64,000 bases of DNA, from assembly GCA_950097015.1 (NCBI GenBank), contig CATNEN010000039.1, forward strand, positions 6,820,001-6,884,000. Reading direction: 5' to 3'. A program made the position numbers and the translations under genes. Shown here piece after piece: positions 1 through 11,841 of this stretch. Position 1 is the stretch's first letter; each line of letters opens with the position of its first letter. The notes beneath the pieces were generated by a model. It was not told the origin of the DNA, searched no databases, and was given only the letters and a program-made list of their open reading frames with translations. This stretch comes from Macrostomum hystrix (taxonomy: Eukaryota; Animalia; Platyhelminthes).

Positions 1-195
1 GTACGACTGGTCAGTCGATGGACTGAGGACTCTACACCCGCCTTCAATTGCCCCAACTAAAGCTGGCCCTCAGCTGGATGAACTGACGCAATGCAGACTT
101 AAGTGTCTTGCTAAAGGACACAAGCTGATTCAGAGGAGTTGGGGATCGAACCCCTGATCGTTAAGTCATGAGTCGGACGCCCAAGGACTAGGATA
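1..195 (-). mobile_element. tRNA-derived SINE (family A, CORE-like central domain), possibly truncated by window edge
   Basis: Minus strand has a B-box-like GGTTCGATCCCC followed by GTGTCCTTTAGCAAGACACTTAA; clearly homologous to the copy at 1425-1632. Confidence 0.7.
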
Positions 196-429
196 GAACA
201 CTTTTGATAGAAAAAATTGATTAACTCTTTTTAAGCTACCAGAGCTCAAACTCATTTACTAAGAAGTAAAAGAAAAATACAGGTTTTGGTTTGTTAATGA
301 ATAAAACACAATTATACTCTACTGCCCGCAAAATGCGACAACTGAAAATAAGAAGCGCGTCAATATATATTAAATACTTGACTAACTATAGTGAAGGTTT
401 TTCAAGCAGATTAATTTCTTTATGCGGTC

Positions 430-2166
430 TTAGGTAATGCGATAATTGGCGTAGGCGCGATTCTCTTCGCACTCTTTGTGCATCTGCAACTTGGCGTGCA
501 CCGCTTTGCCCTCGTTGTTGCTGGCGTTGACCAGCTCCTTGGCCAGGGATTGGTACAGGTGCACTTTAGTCCCGCGCACGTTGGAAGCCAAGCGAAGAAA
601 CTTCATGGCCCGGAATTGGCTCTCGGATTCGCTCAGCGGGCAAGGCACTTTGTAGAGAAAGCCGCCGCGAAATACGTGCTTAATGATGAGCAGCGGTGCG
701 CAGTTCTCAACCGCTTTATGGATGACGCGAATAGGATCCACCTGCGATTCATCATTTTAGGGCATTATTGATTTTCGGAATCACAAACTAAATAAATACA
801 AAGAAGCAACACACAACAATGTGGACCAGCCAGCGCCAGCTGTGCCAGTCCATGGACTGAAGGGATGAACAAGATAGCTGGACAATATAAGTCCCTCAGT
901 CTTAACTTAATGTTCGAACTCCAGACCTCTACATTAAAAATCCGACGCTCTAGCTTGGCATTGAACAACAACCATTCTTTAGCGAAATTACTAGTGAAAT
1001 GCAGATGAAGCACAAATGCGTAAGTTATACCAGTACTACGAGTATTGTTCCCGCTACGACTTGCTCCTCACACTTGTATTGCGAACTTTCTGCCATCTTG
1101 AGCTGATTTGGAGCCTGCTGGCTCATTATTGAGTACAATCAAGGAGAGAACAACGTAATGGGATTTTAATTTAGGGGTCAACCTGGACAAGAAATGCTCG
1201 GCTCGGATATCAATATGCAGATTATTAATCACAATTACCGTTCTCGTGCAGAAATTAAAATGACAAACTGCACACAGGTTGAGCACTTCAAAGCAGGAAT
1301 TGCTGATATGGTTGATCTGCATAAGTCCTTGCGCACCTAGCTGATGCGCAGATCAAAATTTTTATCTCCTGGACGAGAACTTTCGGTCCAGCCGTGCAGC
1401 TACTGCACGGCGCATCTGAAGGCTGCGTACGTCTGTTCAGTCCATGGACCGGAGCAAACCACATCCAACCTCAAGCACCGAAGATAATGCTGGGGTACCT
1501 ATCTTTCAGCTGGTTGAACTGAAGCAATGCAGAGTTAAGTGTCTTGCTAAAGGACACAAATTGTTCCAGTCGAGTTGGGAATCGAACCCCCGACATTCGA
1601 GTCGTGAGTCCGACGCCCTAACCAGGTTACAAACCGAAATACAGAATGATAAAGCCATTAAAAATTTCCAACAAAGCAAAGTTCACGATGAACCGTTGAG
1701 TAGGTTAGAGTAATCGCGAAAGCAGTAACAATCAACTACTCGCCTCAACAGCCGGCCTCTCCTCCGGCGAAGCGGCATTGCGCCGGCTGATCTGAATGTG
1801 CTTAATTTCTGTCATCATCTGGGTGAAGACGTCGCGCAATTTGTCTCGATAGCCTTCTCGCACCAGATGCCCCGCCAGCTTCTGTACAACAGGATCGTAG
1901 TGCGCGCTGAACAGGTCGTATTTACCGGGTGGCCTGATGGCCTTGGTTCGCCGCTCGTCAGCCTTGGGTATGTGCCTAGTGAGCAGGTGCGGATCCAGCT
2001 GGGCCTGGGTCCAATCTGGGAACGGGCCGCGTTTGCGCACCTTCTTCAATGGCGACTTGTGCCGCACTGGCTGGTTGAAGACGGCCGAGGCGGCGGCGGC
2101 TGCGGCGGTGGTGCGTGACTGGCAGCCAAGAAGACGGCTGGCGCTGCTAAGCAACAGCTGGGACAT
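430..2166 (-). CDS. MRPS7: Mitochondrial ribosomal protein S7 (uS7m); exons 2166-1744 and 741-430, 244 aa
   Basis: Basic, Ser/Ala-rich N-terminal presequence; uS7 motifs PAVE|VDPIRVIHKAVENCAP, VFRGGFLYKVPCPL, HKECEENRAYANYR. The frame is kept only with a GC-AG intron (GAG|GCGAGT ... TCGCAG|GTG). Confidence 0.92.
1425..1632 (-). mobile_element. tRNA-derived SINE (family A) in the MRPS7 intron
   Basis: Minus strand: A-box-like TGGTTAGGGCG, B-box GGTTCGATTCCC, GTGTCCTTTAGCAAGACACTTAAC core and GTCCATGGACTG tail; paralogous to 1-195. Confidence 0.75.
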
Positions 2167-2686
2167 TGTTGGGTTGTAATCCGGGCTAAGCTGCAACTTA
2201 GTGTTTAATTTTAGACTTTGTAATTGATAGACTTAACACTATATACAATCGAAATTTAGAGCATAAAAACTTAACACGGGAAAATTCATAAATAAAACGA
2301 GGTCCCATTTTAGCATTTTATAAGAATGCCTTTTGAGTCAATTCTGCCATTAATTGTACTTATCCTACGCATGTATTTTTTCATTAAAACTTTTAGTAAG
2401 CAACAATTGAACACGGTGTAGTCACAGGGATAAGTTAAGGCTTAAAACACAGACAGAACATTTACTTGACTGAAATTGAAATTGAATTGAAATTTATAAT
2501 TCACAGCAAAATACTACATGGGATTAGTAAGATAAGAATTCTAGCGCATATTTATATTAAACAATTAATAGCAGCAGAGAAATCAACATACAACGTAGGA
2601 CAAATCAACATAGCAGCAGACGGCATTAGGTAAAGGCGTAAAAAAGCTTTAAATCGAGACCTTACATACAGATGATGGTACTTTTA

Positions 2687-3703
2687 AGTTACAGAGGGGT
2701 CACAGATAGGGACAGTTAGTTACAGAGGGGTCACAGATAGGGACAGTTAGTTACAGAGGGGTCACAGTTAGGGACAGTTAGTTACAGAGGGAGTCACAGA
2801 TAGGGACAGTTAGTTACAGAGGGGTCACAGTTAGGGACAGTTAGTTACAGAGGGAGTCACAGATAGGGACAGTTAGTTACAGAGGGAGTCACAGATAGGG
2901 ACAGTTAGTTACAGAGGGAGTCACAGATAGGGACAGTTAGTTACAGAGGGAGTCACAGTTAGGGACAGTTAGTTACAGAGGGGTCACAGATAGGGACAGT
3001 TAGTTACAGAGGGAGTCACAGATAGGGACAGTTAGTTACAGAGGGGTCACAGTTAGGGACAGTTAGTTACAGAGGGGTCACAGTTAGGGACAGTTAGTTA
3101 CAGAGGGGTCACAGTTAGGGACAGTTAGTTACAGAGGGGTCACAGTTAGGGACAGTTAGTTACAGAGGGGTCACAGTTAGGGACAGTTAGTTACAGAGGG
3201 GTCACAGATAGGGACAGTTAGTTACAGAGGGGTCACAGATAGGGACAGTTAGTTACAGAGGGGTCACAGTTAGGGACAGTTAGTTACAGAGGGGTCACAG
3301 ATAGGGACAGTTAGTTACAGAGGGGTCACAGTTAGGGACAGTTAGTTACAGAGGGGTCACAGTTAGGGACAGTTAGTTACAGAGGGGTCACAGTTAGGGA
3401 CAGTTAGTTACAGAGGGGTCACAGATAGGGACAGTTAGTTACAGAGGGGTCACAGTTAGGGACAGTTAGTTACAGAGGGGTCACAGTTAGGGACAGTTAG
3501 TTACAGAGGGGTCACAGTTAGGGACAGTTAGTTACAGAGGGAGTCACAGATAGGGACAGTTAGTTACAGAGGGGTCACAGTTAGGGACAGTTAGTTACAG
3601 AGGGGTCACAGTTAGGGACAGTTAGTTACAGAGGGGTCACAGTTAGGGACAGTTAGTTACAGAGGGGTCACAGTTAGGGACAGTTAGTTACAGAGGGGTC
3701 ACA
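2687..3703. repeat. 31/32-bp minisatellite (AGTTACAGAGGGGTCACAGTTAGGGACAGTT), about 33 copies
   Basis: Directly visible tandem array beginning a few nt downstream of the MED8 stop codon. Confidence 0.97.
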
Positions 3704-3708
3704 TGAGC

Positions 3709-4491
3709 CTACTTAATTCCAACTCCAAAGTTAATAGCGGCCAGCAGCTTAGCCGTATCCTGATCGTTGCTACGCAGAGTCTGGTTGCGCTCTGACTGTT
3801 CATTTTCAAAGTCCGGCTTAGCCTGCTTCAGCGAGTTCATTGCTGTTTCGGCGGCTTTGCGCATCTGCTCGGAGGTCCGGTGAAGGGCTTCAGTACTGGA
3901 GCCGGGCCTTTGAAATTCGTTTCTACGCTGTTCAACGTTCATATCTAGCTTAGTACGCAGATAGTGCGGCACACTGTCGTGGTTAAGGAGGCCGAGACGG
4001 CCCTCGGTGAGGTGTAGAAGCTGTTGATCGAGCTGGGGACTAAGGCCGATAGGCAGCAGGGCGACTTCGTTAAGGCGAAGCTGTTTCTCATTGCGCAGTG
4101 TGCGATGCAGGGCTGACAGCTGGGAAACGCACTCGGCTAGGGAGTTGAGGATCTGGAAAGTGTCCGACCAGAAGGTGCTTACATAAGTACGAGATCTGTA
4201 CGAATTCGTACCCTTGGGCTGAGATTCGAACTCACGACCTCTTGGCCAAAAGTCCATCGGCTTAATCATCACATAGCTTTAAACACTAAATAACAAACAA
4301 TGATAAAAAATGCTCACCTCCGGCCAGGTAGCCGGGTGTCGTTCGTCAACTTTCAGCATCAGCGAGCCTAGAGCTCGACGAATACCGCGCAGCCGATCGA
4401 TCAGCTCGTCTAGGCATTCGTCGACGCTGCGGCCGCCGCTGAAGCCACCCTCACGGCCGGCCAGCTGTTGATGCTGGAACGGATCCGCCAT
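3709..4491 (-). CDS. MED8: Mediator subunit 8; exons 4491-4318 and 4152-3709, 205 aa
   Basis: WPE|ILNSLAECVSQL...LLPIGLSPQLDQQLLHLTEGRLGLLNHDSVPHYLRTKLD matches the Med8 signature (TEGR...HxxVPxxLRTK); canonical GTGAGC/TTCCAG phase-0 intron. Confidence 0.92.
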
Positions 4492-5112
4492 CTGATCCTT
4501 GCTGCTGCTGCTGAAGCTCCTGCTGCTCCTGAGCGTGCTGGTTGGCCTGACGATTCAACAACCGGTGCCGCTTGGGAATGTAGTGCTGCCAGTGGAGAAG
4601 AATTTGCTCGTCGACTTCTCTAGCTAGTCCAGTCTTGGCGATCTCCTTTCGAAACTGCTGGTGCTGCAGCAGATCTAGCAGCTGCAGACAGAACGGGTAC
4701 TTGATGTACTTGACGTAGTCGGCCTCTTTCCAGTACTGCAGATACTGCAGATAGTTGATGAATTCGCGCTTCTCAAAGAAGCGACGCTGAGCTAAGAAGT
4801 TCAAGTAGTTGGGATTGCCGAGGCACTGTACGAATTCTAGCTCGACCTGTCGGTATAGAAAAGCATAGCACGTAAATGCTGCATGTAATTTGAACATACC
4901 CATTGATAGGGTAGCTGAAAATTACAAAAGAACTTTACCTGAAAGCGTTGCCTCTCCTCGTTGTCGGCGCGAGTCTGCTGAGACAGGTGCTGATGATGCG
5001 GCTGCGGCTGCGGCTGGTGATGATGATGATAAGGCGAATAATGATGAGGCAGCGGCAGGGACGGGTGAGGCGGCGGCGGCGGTGGGGGCGGGGGCGGCTG
5101 GTTGGGCTTCAT
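4451..5112 (-). CDS. MED31: Mediator subunit 31 (SOH1); exons 5112-4939 and 4846-4451, 189 aa, with Pro/His-rich N-terminal extension
   Basis: RFQ|VELEFVQCLGNPNYLNFLAQ...YLQYWKEADYVKYIKYPFCL is the SOH1/Med31 signature; GT-AG phase-0 intron. Confidence 0.95.
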
Positions 5113-6017
5113 AAGCCGCGCCGCAAATCAACTCAATTTATTGATGCTGAGCAGAGCAATGACAATAATGATCTCTAAATGCGAATTAAAGGCCGCTGTC
5201 TGAAATGAGAATTGACGATGACGAAGTTACTACTAGCTGTAGTATAGTAAGAAAGGTGTGCAGCTAAATGACGGCATTAATGAAACAGAAGAAGAAAAAA
5301 GTAAACACCGAGACAGAAATGCGCATTTCAAGTTTGCTTATTAAATTGGTAACCACGAGAGAAACAATATAAGCATTGCGTTTGTCATTCTTTCTTCAAG
5401 TCGAAGCCTGACTTACAATTGTGGTTTAATTATTGTTTTATTGAAAAACACAGTTTACAATTATGACATTTTCTGAATTAGGAGCCTAATAGATACAAGT
5501 TACTTAGTGGTGAAAAAAATGGAAAGCGAGTTACTGGATACGTATTTATTCAGGCCATCTCCTGTTTCTCTATTCCAATATCAATTGTCTATTGTCACTG
5601 GCCAAGTACCAAGTCAAAAGCAGAAAATGCGTAACAAACAAAATAGGCCAAGTAATGCATAACATGTGATATTGTACTATAGGGGCGTATGTTTATTTTT
5701 AAAAGGACAACAAGCACGCTTCGCCTTAATTGAACGCACAATGACGACGCATCAAATGGGTAGATTATTAAAATAAAACCGGATCGAAAAACACCGGAAA
5801 GTTGGGCGACTACGGCGTACGGCCCGGCCCGACAGTTAGATTTCGGGACGAGAGAACTCACAACGGACGAATATAAAAAAACTGCAGGACAACAAAACGA
5901 CGTCTTAAAATGGCATTTCGGGCAGCCACGAGACAACTGGAGCAGGAGCAATAAATAAAAACTCATTACTAAATCATATTACTAGCAGATATGGTGGAGT
6001 ACCCCAGGAGAGCTGGC

Positions 6018-6560
6018 TCAGCGACTCCGACTCCTGCTGCCGTCGCTGCTGCGGCCGCCGCTGTAGCGCCGACGCCGATTGTCGGCGTTGTTGTCCGCGG
6101 GGCTGCGGCTGCGCGTGCGGCTTCGGCTGCGCCTGTCCCGCCCGCGGTCCACATCACGATCCCGACTGCGCGAGCGTCGCCGACTAGCTCCGCCGCCGCC
6201 GCCGCCACCGCCGCCATAACGGCCGCCGCGGTCGGGACAGTCGTGGGCGTAGTGCCCGCTGCGGCCGCAGCTGAAGCAGCGATCGTCGCGTCGATCATTG
6301 ACGCCGGGGCCGTTGGTTCGACGCTCCCGTCTGGCTAGTTCCAGTCTCGCGCGGGCGCCGCGAATCTTCGGCGGACTGCGAACGGCGTCCTCGGCGTCGC
6401 GGCGATCGCGAAACGTCACGAAGGCGTAGGTGCCGCGGCCGTGCACCCAGACAGATTCCACTTCGCCGAAGCTGCGCAGAGCGGATTTGATGTCACGCTC
6501 GTCAGCTCCGGTCGGCAGCTCGCCCACGTAGACTCGGCGGCCCATCTCTTCGCGGGACAT
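6018..6560 (-). CDS. SR splicing factor, SRSF7/9G8-like paralogue (RRM + CCHC zinc knuckle + RS), intronless, 180 aa
   Basis: RVYVGELP...YAFVTF RRM, CFSCGRSGHYAHDC knuckle and RS tail. ATG at 6560; the upstream GTG start in the ORF track is unlikely. Confidence 0.88.
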   Translation of the reverse strand: MSREEMGRRVYVGELPTGADERDIKSALRSFGEVESVWVHGRGTYAFVTFRDRRDAEDAVRSPPKIRGARARLELARRERRTNGPGVNDRRDDRCFSCGRSGHYAHDCPDRGGRYGGGGGGGGGASRRRSRSRDRDVDRGRDRRSRSRTRSRSPADNNADNRRRRYSGGRSSDGSRSRSR

Positions 6561-7790
6561 TGTTCTGGCTTGGGGTTTAGTTAACTGATGAATAGAAAAC
6601 ACAGATGAACAGGATAGAAACTGGGCTAACGAATTGACGGCTCGTTTAACTGCGACCACTCGCTAAGCGGCTGAAAAAAGGATTATATTTAAAATATTTA
6701 CCGAACGGTTTGGGGAACTTGCACATTCTGACAGACATTGTGAAACCTAGATACATTACTGACTAATGGATATTACACAGGCGGATGGACGTTAGACAGA
6801 CTAAAATGTAGAGACTGAGGGGCATTACTACAGACACAACACACACTGATATACCTAACAGAATGACATGCATTGCTAACAGCTAGCTTACCTATGTTTA
6901 TTATACTCTTGATATACACAAATGAGTAAAACTAAAAGCTGCCAATCAGATTTCGACAGACAGAGACAAATGGAATTAAACGGTGCAATTGATTATTATT
7001 TTTTACTGTTTTATTAAGGATTAGAGATAAGAAAAGGTGAGCTGAAAACAATCGACTGAGACAGACTTGACACGTTGGGGAGGATGAGTTATTAATAATT
7101 ATGAATAAATAATTTATAAGTGCATTATTATAGCATAGATAGGTTGCTAGTTATAGAAAACTGCTGTTTTGTGTATAAGTAACTTCAGTACGTAGCCTAG
7201 CAATTGTATTTGTTATAAATACAAGTAATTTACTACAAACCATTCGATTTGAAGTTGTAGAAAAGCATAAATTTGGCTGTTATGATTACTCTGGATATAG
7301 TTTTTTAGTTCGGCCTTACTCAATATTATAGATTGCTTTGTTACAGCCAAATGATTCAGCTTTCTATTTGCTTTTCGATATTATGAACAATAAAACAGAT
7401 AAATTACACAACACAAAAGCAAGCAGAATTTTAGTTTTAAAAACGGTGTGGTCAACATAGGACAGACAATAAATTATTACCTAAATGGTAGGTTTGCAGC
7501 CATTAATTGACGACTTGTAGTATTATGAGAATATACAAAAGTCGCCACAGAAATTAACTTAACTAAATAAAACCTGCAAACATTTAAAAGTGGGGATTTC
7601 AGCCGGTCAAAAAACTGCGACAAGAAACAATTGTAGCTCGTATAAAAAAGATAGCCATAGTTTAACCTGCAACCAGTTCTCTTAAACTCGCCGTTTTAGT
7701 AATTATGACATCCTTAAGTCATAGTCCTACATCCATAGACATTAGCCAACTGTTTAACTGCCTTTTCGACGACTTCAAGGGCAATCACGC

Positions 7791-8315
7791 TTAACTCCTG
7801 GAGCGGGATCGCGAGCGAGACGAGCGCGACCTCGACCGGCGTCGGCGGTTATCGTCGTAGCGGCCGCCGCGGTCGCGATCCCGTTCGCGCGAGCGGTCCC
7901 GATCAAAGCCGCCGCCGCCACCGCCGCTGCCGCGCAGTTTGGGGCATTCGCGCGCGAAATGGCCGACACGGCCGCAGGAGTAGCAGCCTCCGCCGCCGCC
8001 ACCGCCACCGCGGCCTCCGCCCATGCCACCGCCCTGGCCGGGGCGTCGAGCGCGCGACCGGCCGCTGGAAAGTTCGACGCGGGCGCGCACACCACAGATG
8101 ACGGTGCCGTCTAGATCGCGAACGGCGTCGCCGGCATCGCGCGAGTCTTCAAAGACAACGAAAGCGAATCCAGGCGGATTGCGAGCGACCCAAACGGAGC
8201 GAACAGCGCCGTAGTGACGGAAGGCCTTCTCGATCTCGGACTCCTGGGCGTCGCGAGGCAGATCACCGACGTAAATCTTGCAGCCGTCATCGTCATCGTA
8301 GCGTTTAGTGGACAT
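7791..8315 (-). CDS. SRSF7: SR splicing factor SRSF7/9G8 (x16/RSP-6-like), intronless, 174 aa
   Basis: CKIYVGDL...[30 protein letters not shown] of the SRSF3/7 class, [15 protein letters not shown] knuckle and RS tail. Confidence 0.92.
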   Translation of the reverse strand: MSTKRYDDDDGCKIYVGDLPRDAQESEIEKAFRHYGAVRSVWVARNPPGFAFVVFEDSRDAGDAVRDLDGTVICGVRARVELSSGRSRARRPGQGGGMGGGRGGGGGGGGCYSCGRVGHFARECPKLRGSGGGGGGFDRDRSRERDRDRGGRYDDNRRRRSRSRSSRSRSRSRS

Positions 8316-8639
8316 TTTCTAATTAAATAGAAACGGTAGCTGTGGCAGTTGCTGGCTTGTTATTGGGCTGAATAATAGGCTGTACTTTGAACCGGAGGCA
8401 GAAACCTATAATTAGTTTTCAATCAATATTAAGTTAGAAAGGCCTTGTTTTGGTTCGGTGTTATTCATGGAAACATTTTTATGAACTGAGAACCAGGAAT
8501 GTAGGACAATGAGAAATTTTAAGTTAGGATAGAATGAATAGAATTGAAGAGGTGAGAGGGCATAATTATTTGATAAGAAGGCCTCATAGAAAGGGATAGG
8601 GTGGTGAAACGGGAAGTAGATAAGATGACACAATTAAAG

Positions 8640-9508
8640 AGGATAAAAAGGCTCCATAGGAAGAGGATAAGAAGGCCCCATGGGAAGAGGATAAGAAGGC
8701 CCCATGGGAAGAGGATAAGAAGGCCCCATGGGAAGGGGATAAGAAGGCCCCATGGGAAGGGGATAAGAAGGTCCCATGGGAAAGGGATAAGAAGGCCCCA
8801 TGTGAAGAGGATAAGAAGGTCCCATGGGAAGGGGATAAGAAGGTCCCATGGGAAGGGGATAAGAAGGTCCCATGGGAAGGGGATAAGAAGGTCCCATGGG
8901 AAGGGGGTAAGAAGGTCCCATGGGAAGGGGATAAGAAGGCCCCATGGGAAGGGGATAAGAAGGTCCCATGGGAAGGGGATAAGAAGGTCCCATGGGAAGG
9001 GGATAAGAAGGCCCCATGGGAAGAGGATAAGAAGGCCCCATGGGAAGGGGATAAGAAGGTCCCATGGGAAGAGGATAAGAAGGCCCCATGGGAAGAGGAT
9101 AAGAAGGCCCCATGGGAAGGGGATAAGAAGGTCCCATGGGAAGGGGATAAGAAGGCCCCATGGGAAGGGGATAAGAAGGCCCCATGGGAAGGGGATAAGA
9201 AGGCCCCATGGGAAGGGGATAAGAAGGCCCCATGGGAAGGGGATAAGAAGGTCCCATGTGAAGAGGATAAGGTCCCATGGGAAGGGGATAAGAAGGTCCC
9301 ATGGGAAGGGGATAAGAAGGTCCCATGGGAAAGGGATAAGAAGGCCCCATGTGAAGAGGAAAAGAAGGTCCCATGGGAAGGGGATAAGAAGGTCCCATGG
9401 TAAGGGGATAAGAAGGTCCCATGGGAAGGGGATAAGAAGGTCCCATGGGAAAGGGATAAGAAGGCCCCATGTGAAGAGGAAAAGAAGGTCCCATGGGAAG
9501 GGGATAAG
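8640..9508. repeat. 24-bp minisatellite (GGATAAGAAGG(T/C)CCCATGGGAAG(G/A)), about 36 copies
   Basis: Tandem array; explains four overlapping spurious ORFs. Confidence 0.97.
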
Positions 9509-11841
9509 ATTGAAGAGCAGCACAAGTGGAATACAAGAGAAGAACAGAAAAGGACAATATAAAATGATAACAATAAAAGACAACTGAATCGAACTGATAG
9601 AAAATTATTGATGTGGAAGTTAGCGATAAGTTTTGTTTGAATAGTTTGGATTCTAGAGTACAGATGAAATTAGAGGTGCCAAGACCGAGTAAGCTTGAGA
9701 TTGAGTTCCAGTTGAATAAAACATAATTAAAATTTACTTAATAATGCATAAAAATTCCTAAAAGTAATCTTGACTACTGGGCCTATGAAGGCTATTCCGG
9801 ACTTACATATTTATTTTTCAAAAAAGTTATCTTAAACTGATTCTCTTGCGAATCAAAATATTGTTTAAAAACGTAGCTATCGCAGCCTTCTTGCCTATAT
9901 TTAGAGCAGCAACCGCAGCTAAATTTGATGCCAACGACAAAGCTAGACGACAGCGCAGTCCATTGTCCGGGTCTTATTAATTCAAATTATAAATTAAGGA
10001 AATCTTACACCTAAGTTACTACTTCGAGTAGATGCTGTGTTAATTTAGCTACAGGCAACTTACCACGAAGTTAATAGCGCGTGTGAGTGATACCTAGCGA
10101 GAAGGAGAGAGACAGACAAGGCGAACTTCAGACGCTTGACTCAAGTCGGGCGTTGACAAATTTTGCAGTTCAGAATATTGCTATTAACGCGTGATGATTT
10201 GACGCGTTCTGAAGAGAAGCCCCATCCATTTATTAATGCTGTCTCTCTCAATCTCGCAGATTTATTTATTCGGGTGCAAGTGCGGGTGTTAAGCTGCAAG
10301 GCGGTGTGGCTGCTGGCTGAATGCGCAGTAACGTAGCCTTTTTGTTAAGGATGCCCGTAGTGACGGTGGCAAGGCGAGGAGAGGAAATGCTGCTTTTAGT
10401 AGGGCAATATGCGCCGCACTGCTGCTACGCTGAGCTGAGCTGAGGTGTACATTTTTATAGCCGCATTAGCGTGTGTTTTCTGACGGGAGTTCTCACAGCT
10501 GACTTTTTTACTTTTGAAAACGAAACCCGGTGGTAGCATTCTGTTGCTTCTAGCGCTGCTACTGCTGCTGCTGCTGCTGCTAATTAAAACAAAGACACCA
10601 GAGTCGACTCAACATTGCAGTGAGATAAAAAATGCATACGACGAAAGACCATGGACATGCCAGAGGCGAAGGCGTAGAGAGAAGAGAGAACGAACTGCAG
10701 GCCAACACGCGTTGAACACTGTACACAGTAGAGTCGATAGCTACAAGTAATGAAGCTGCTGCATTGAACTCTGTAGATATTGGTTCCAATAGAATCCAGT
10801 GCCAACAGAAACTAGGACAGATAACAGTGGGTAAATTACAGTAGCAGCTAGTACTTGCTGATAGCAAAACACTGCCTAGTTTGATTAAATAAAAAAGAAT
10901 GCAAAAACTAATAAAAAAAATATGACTAGCCTAGGTCCGAACTCGGAATATCACTAGACAAAACATATCTTAAATAAATAACTGAGGATAGGTAGGAATT
11001 GAACACTACCTCAATATTAGTATCTAGAAAACTGACCGGGATAAACAGAGTCATCTAAAAATTACACATATACATAACAAGTCTAAATGCATTTGACGGC
11101 AAGACTCTCTATCTAGAAATTCTATTTTTTTGACAGTCTAATGAAAATAATTTCCAATGAAGCCATTCTTGAAACCGATGTCGCCGCATTTGTCGACCAG
11201 ATCAAACCAGATCGGGCCAGTGCAGTTCGTCTCGTGTCTTAGATTGACAAAGCCCTTGGTCCAGGTGGGAACTGAAATTAAGATTTTTATAGAAGTACAA
11301 AAACTAGCTTAAAAACTACAAATCGACGAGATTAACACCCGCCTGTGTAAGTGATACTTATAATTGGAGCTAATACTTCATCGAAACTTTTCAGAGGGTA
11401 TACTATACAACTTAAAGTATTAAATGAAAAAAAATGAAACAACAAAAACCAAAACAGTAGCAAATCTAAGGTTATTGACAATTTAAAAATTAAGCAATTT
11501 TTAGGACAGATGTTTCTAACGGACAGAATAAAATTTAAGTAACCAGGGAGACTGAATTGGTTATAAAAATGCAACTTTACCTAGCTCAGATAATTTTTTA
11601 ACTGTGCTTGGATACAAACAAAGATCGAACTAAATATCCTTTTACAACAAAATTGTCTAATGCGCGATGCCAGTAGAAACATATGGGATGATTTACTAAT
11701 AAAATCTGAAAATTTAGCAAGACATCATTTTATTAAGGGTAGCATTGAAAACGGTGACTTTTGTCACAATCTACGAGCTAATACAGTGGTAGACAAACTG
11801 GCTAATCTGTGAAGCTGTAAGGCTCTCAACACAATGTAACT

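Noticed and set aside
2687-3703. Interstitial telomere
   Set aside because: TTAGGG occurs once per 31-bp unit in only some copies, not as tandem hexamers.
4209-4278. tRNA-like sequence in the MED8 intron (also a B-box near 16325)
   Set aside because: A B-box is present but there is no complete cloverleaf; most likely SINE head fragments.
8519-9587. Four overlapping 300-350-aa ORFs, including a basic (RRPHGKGI)n protamine-like one
   Set aside because: 24-bp minisatellite open in several frames; no unique coding flanks or splice support.
11135-11275. GC-richer island with acceptor AATTTCAG and a ~45-codon open frame (PTWTKGFVNLRHETNCTG...)
   Set aside because: No start codon or recognisable homology; may be a UTR exon. 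It cannot be supported without transcripts.
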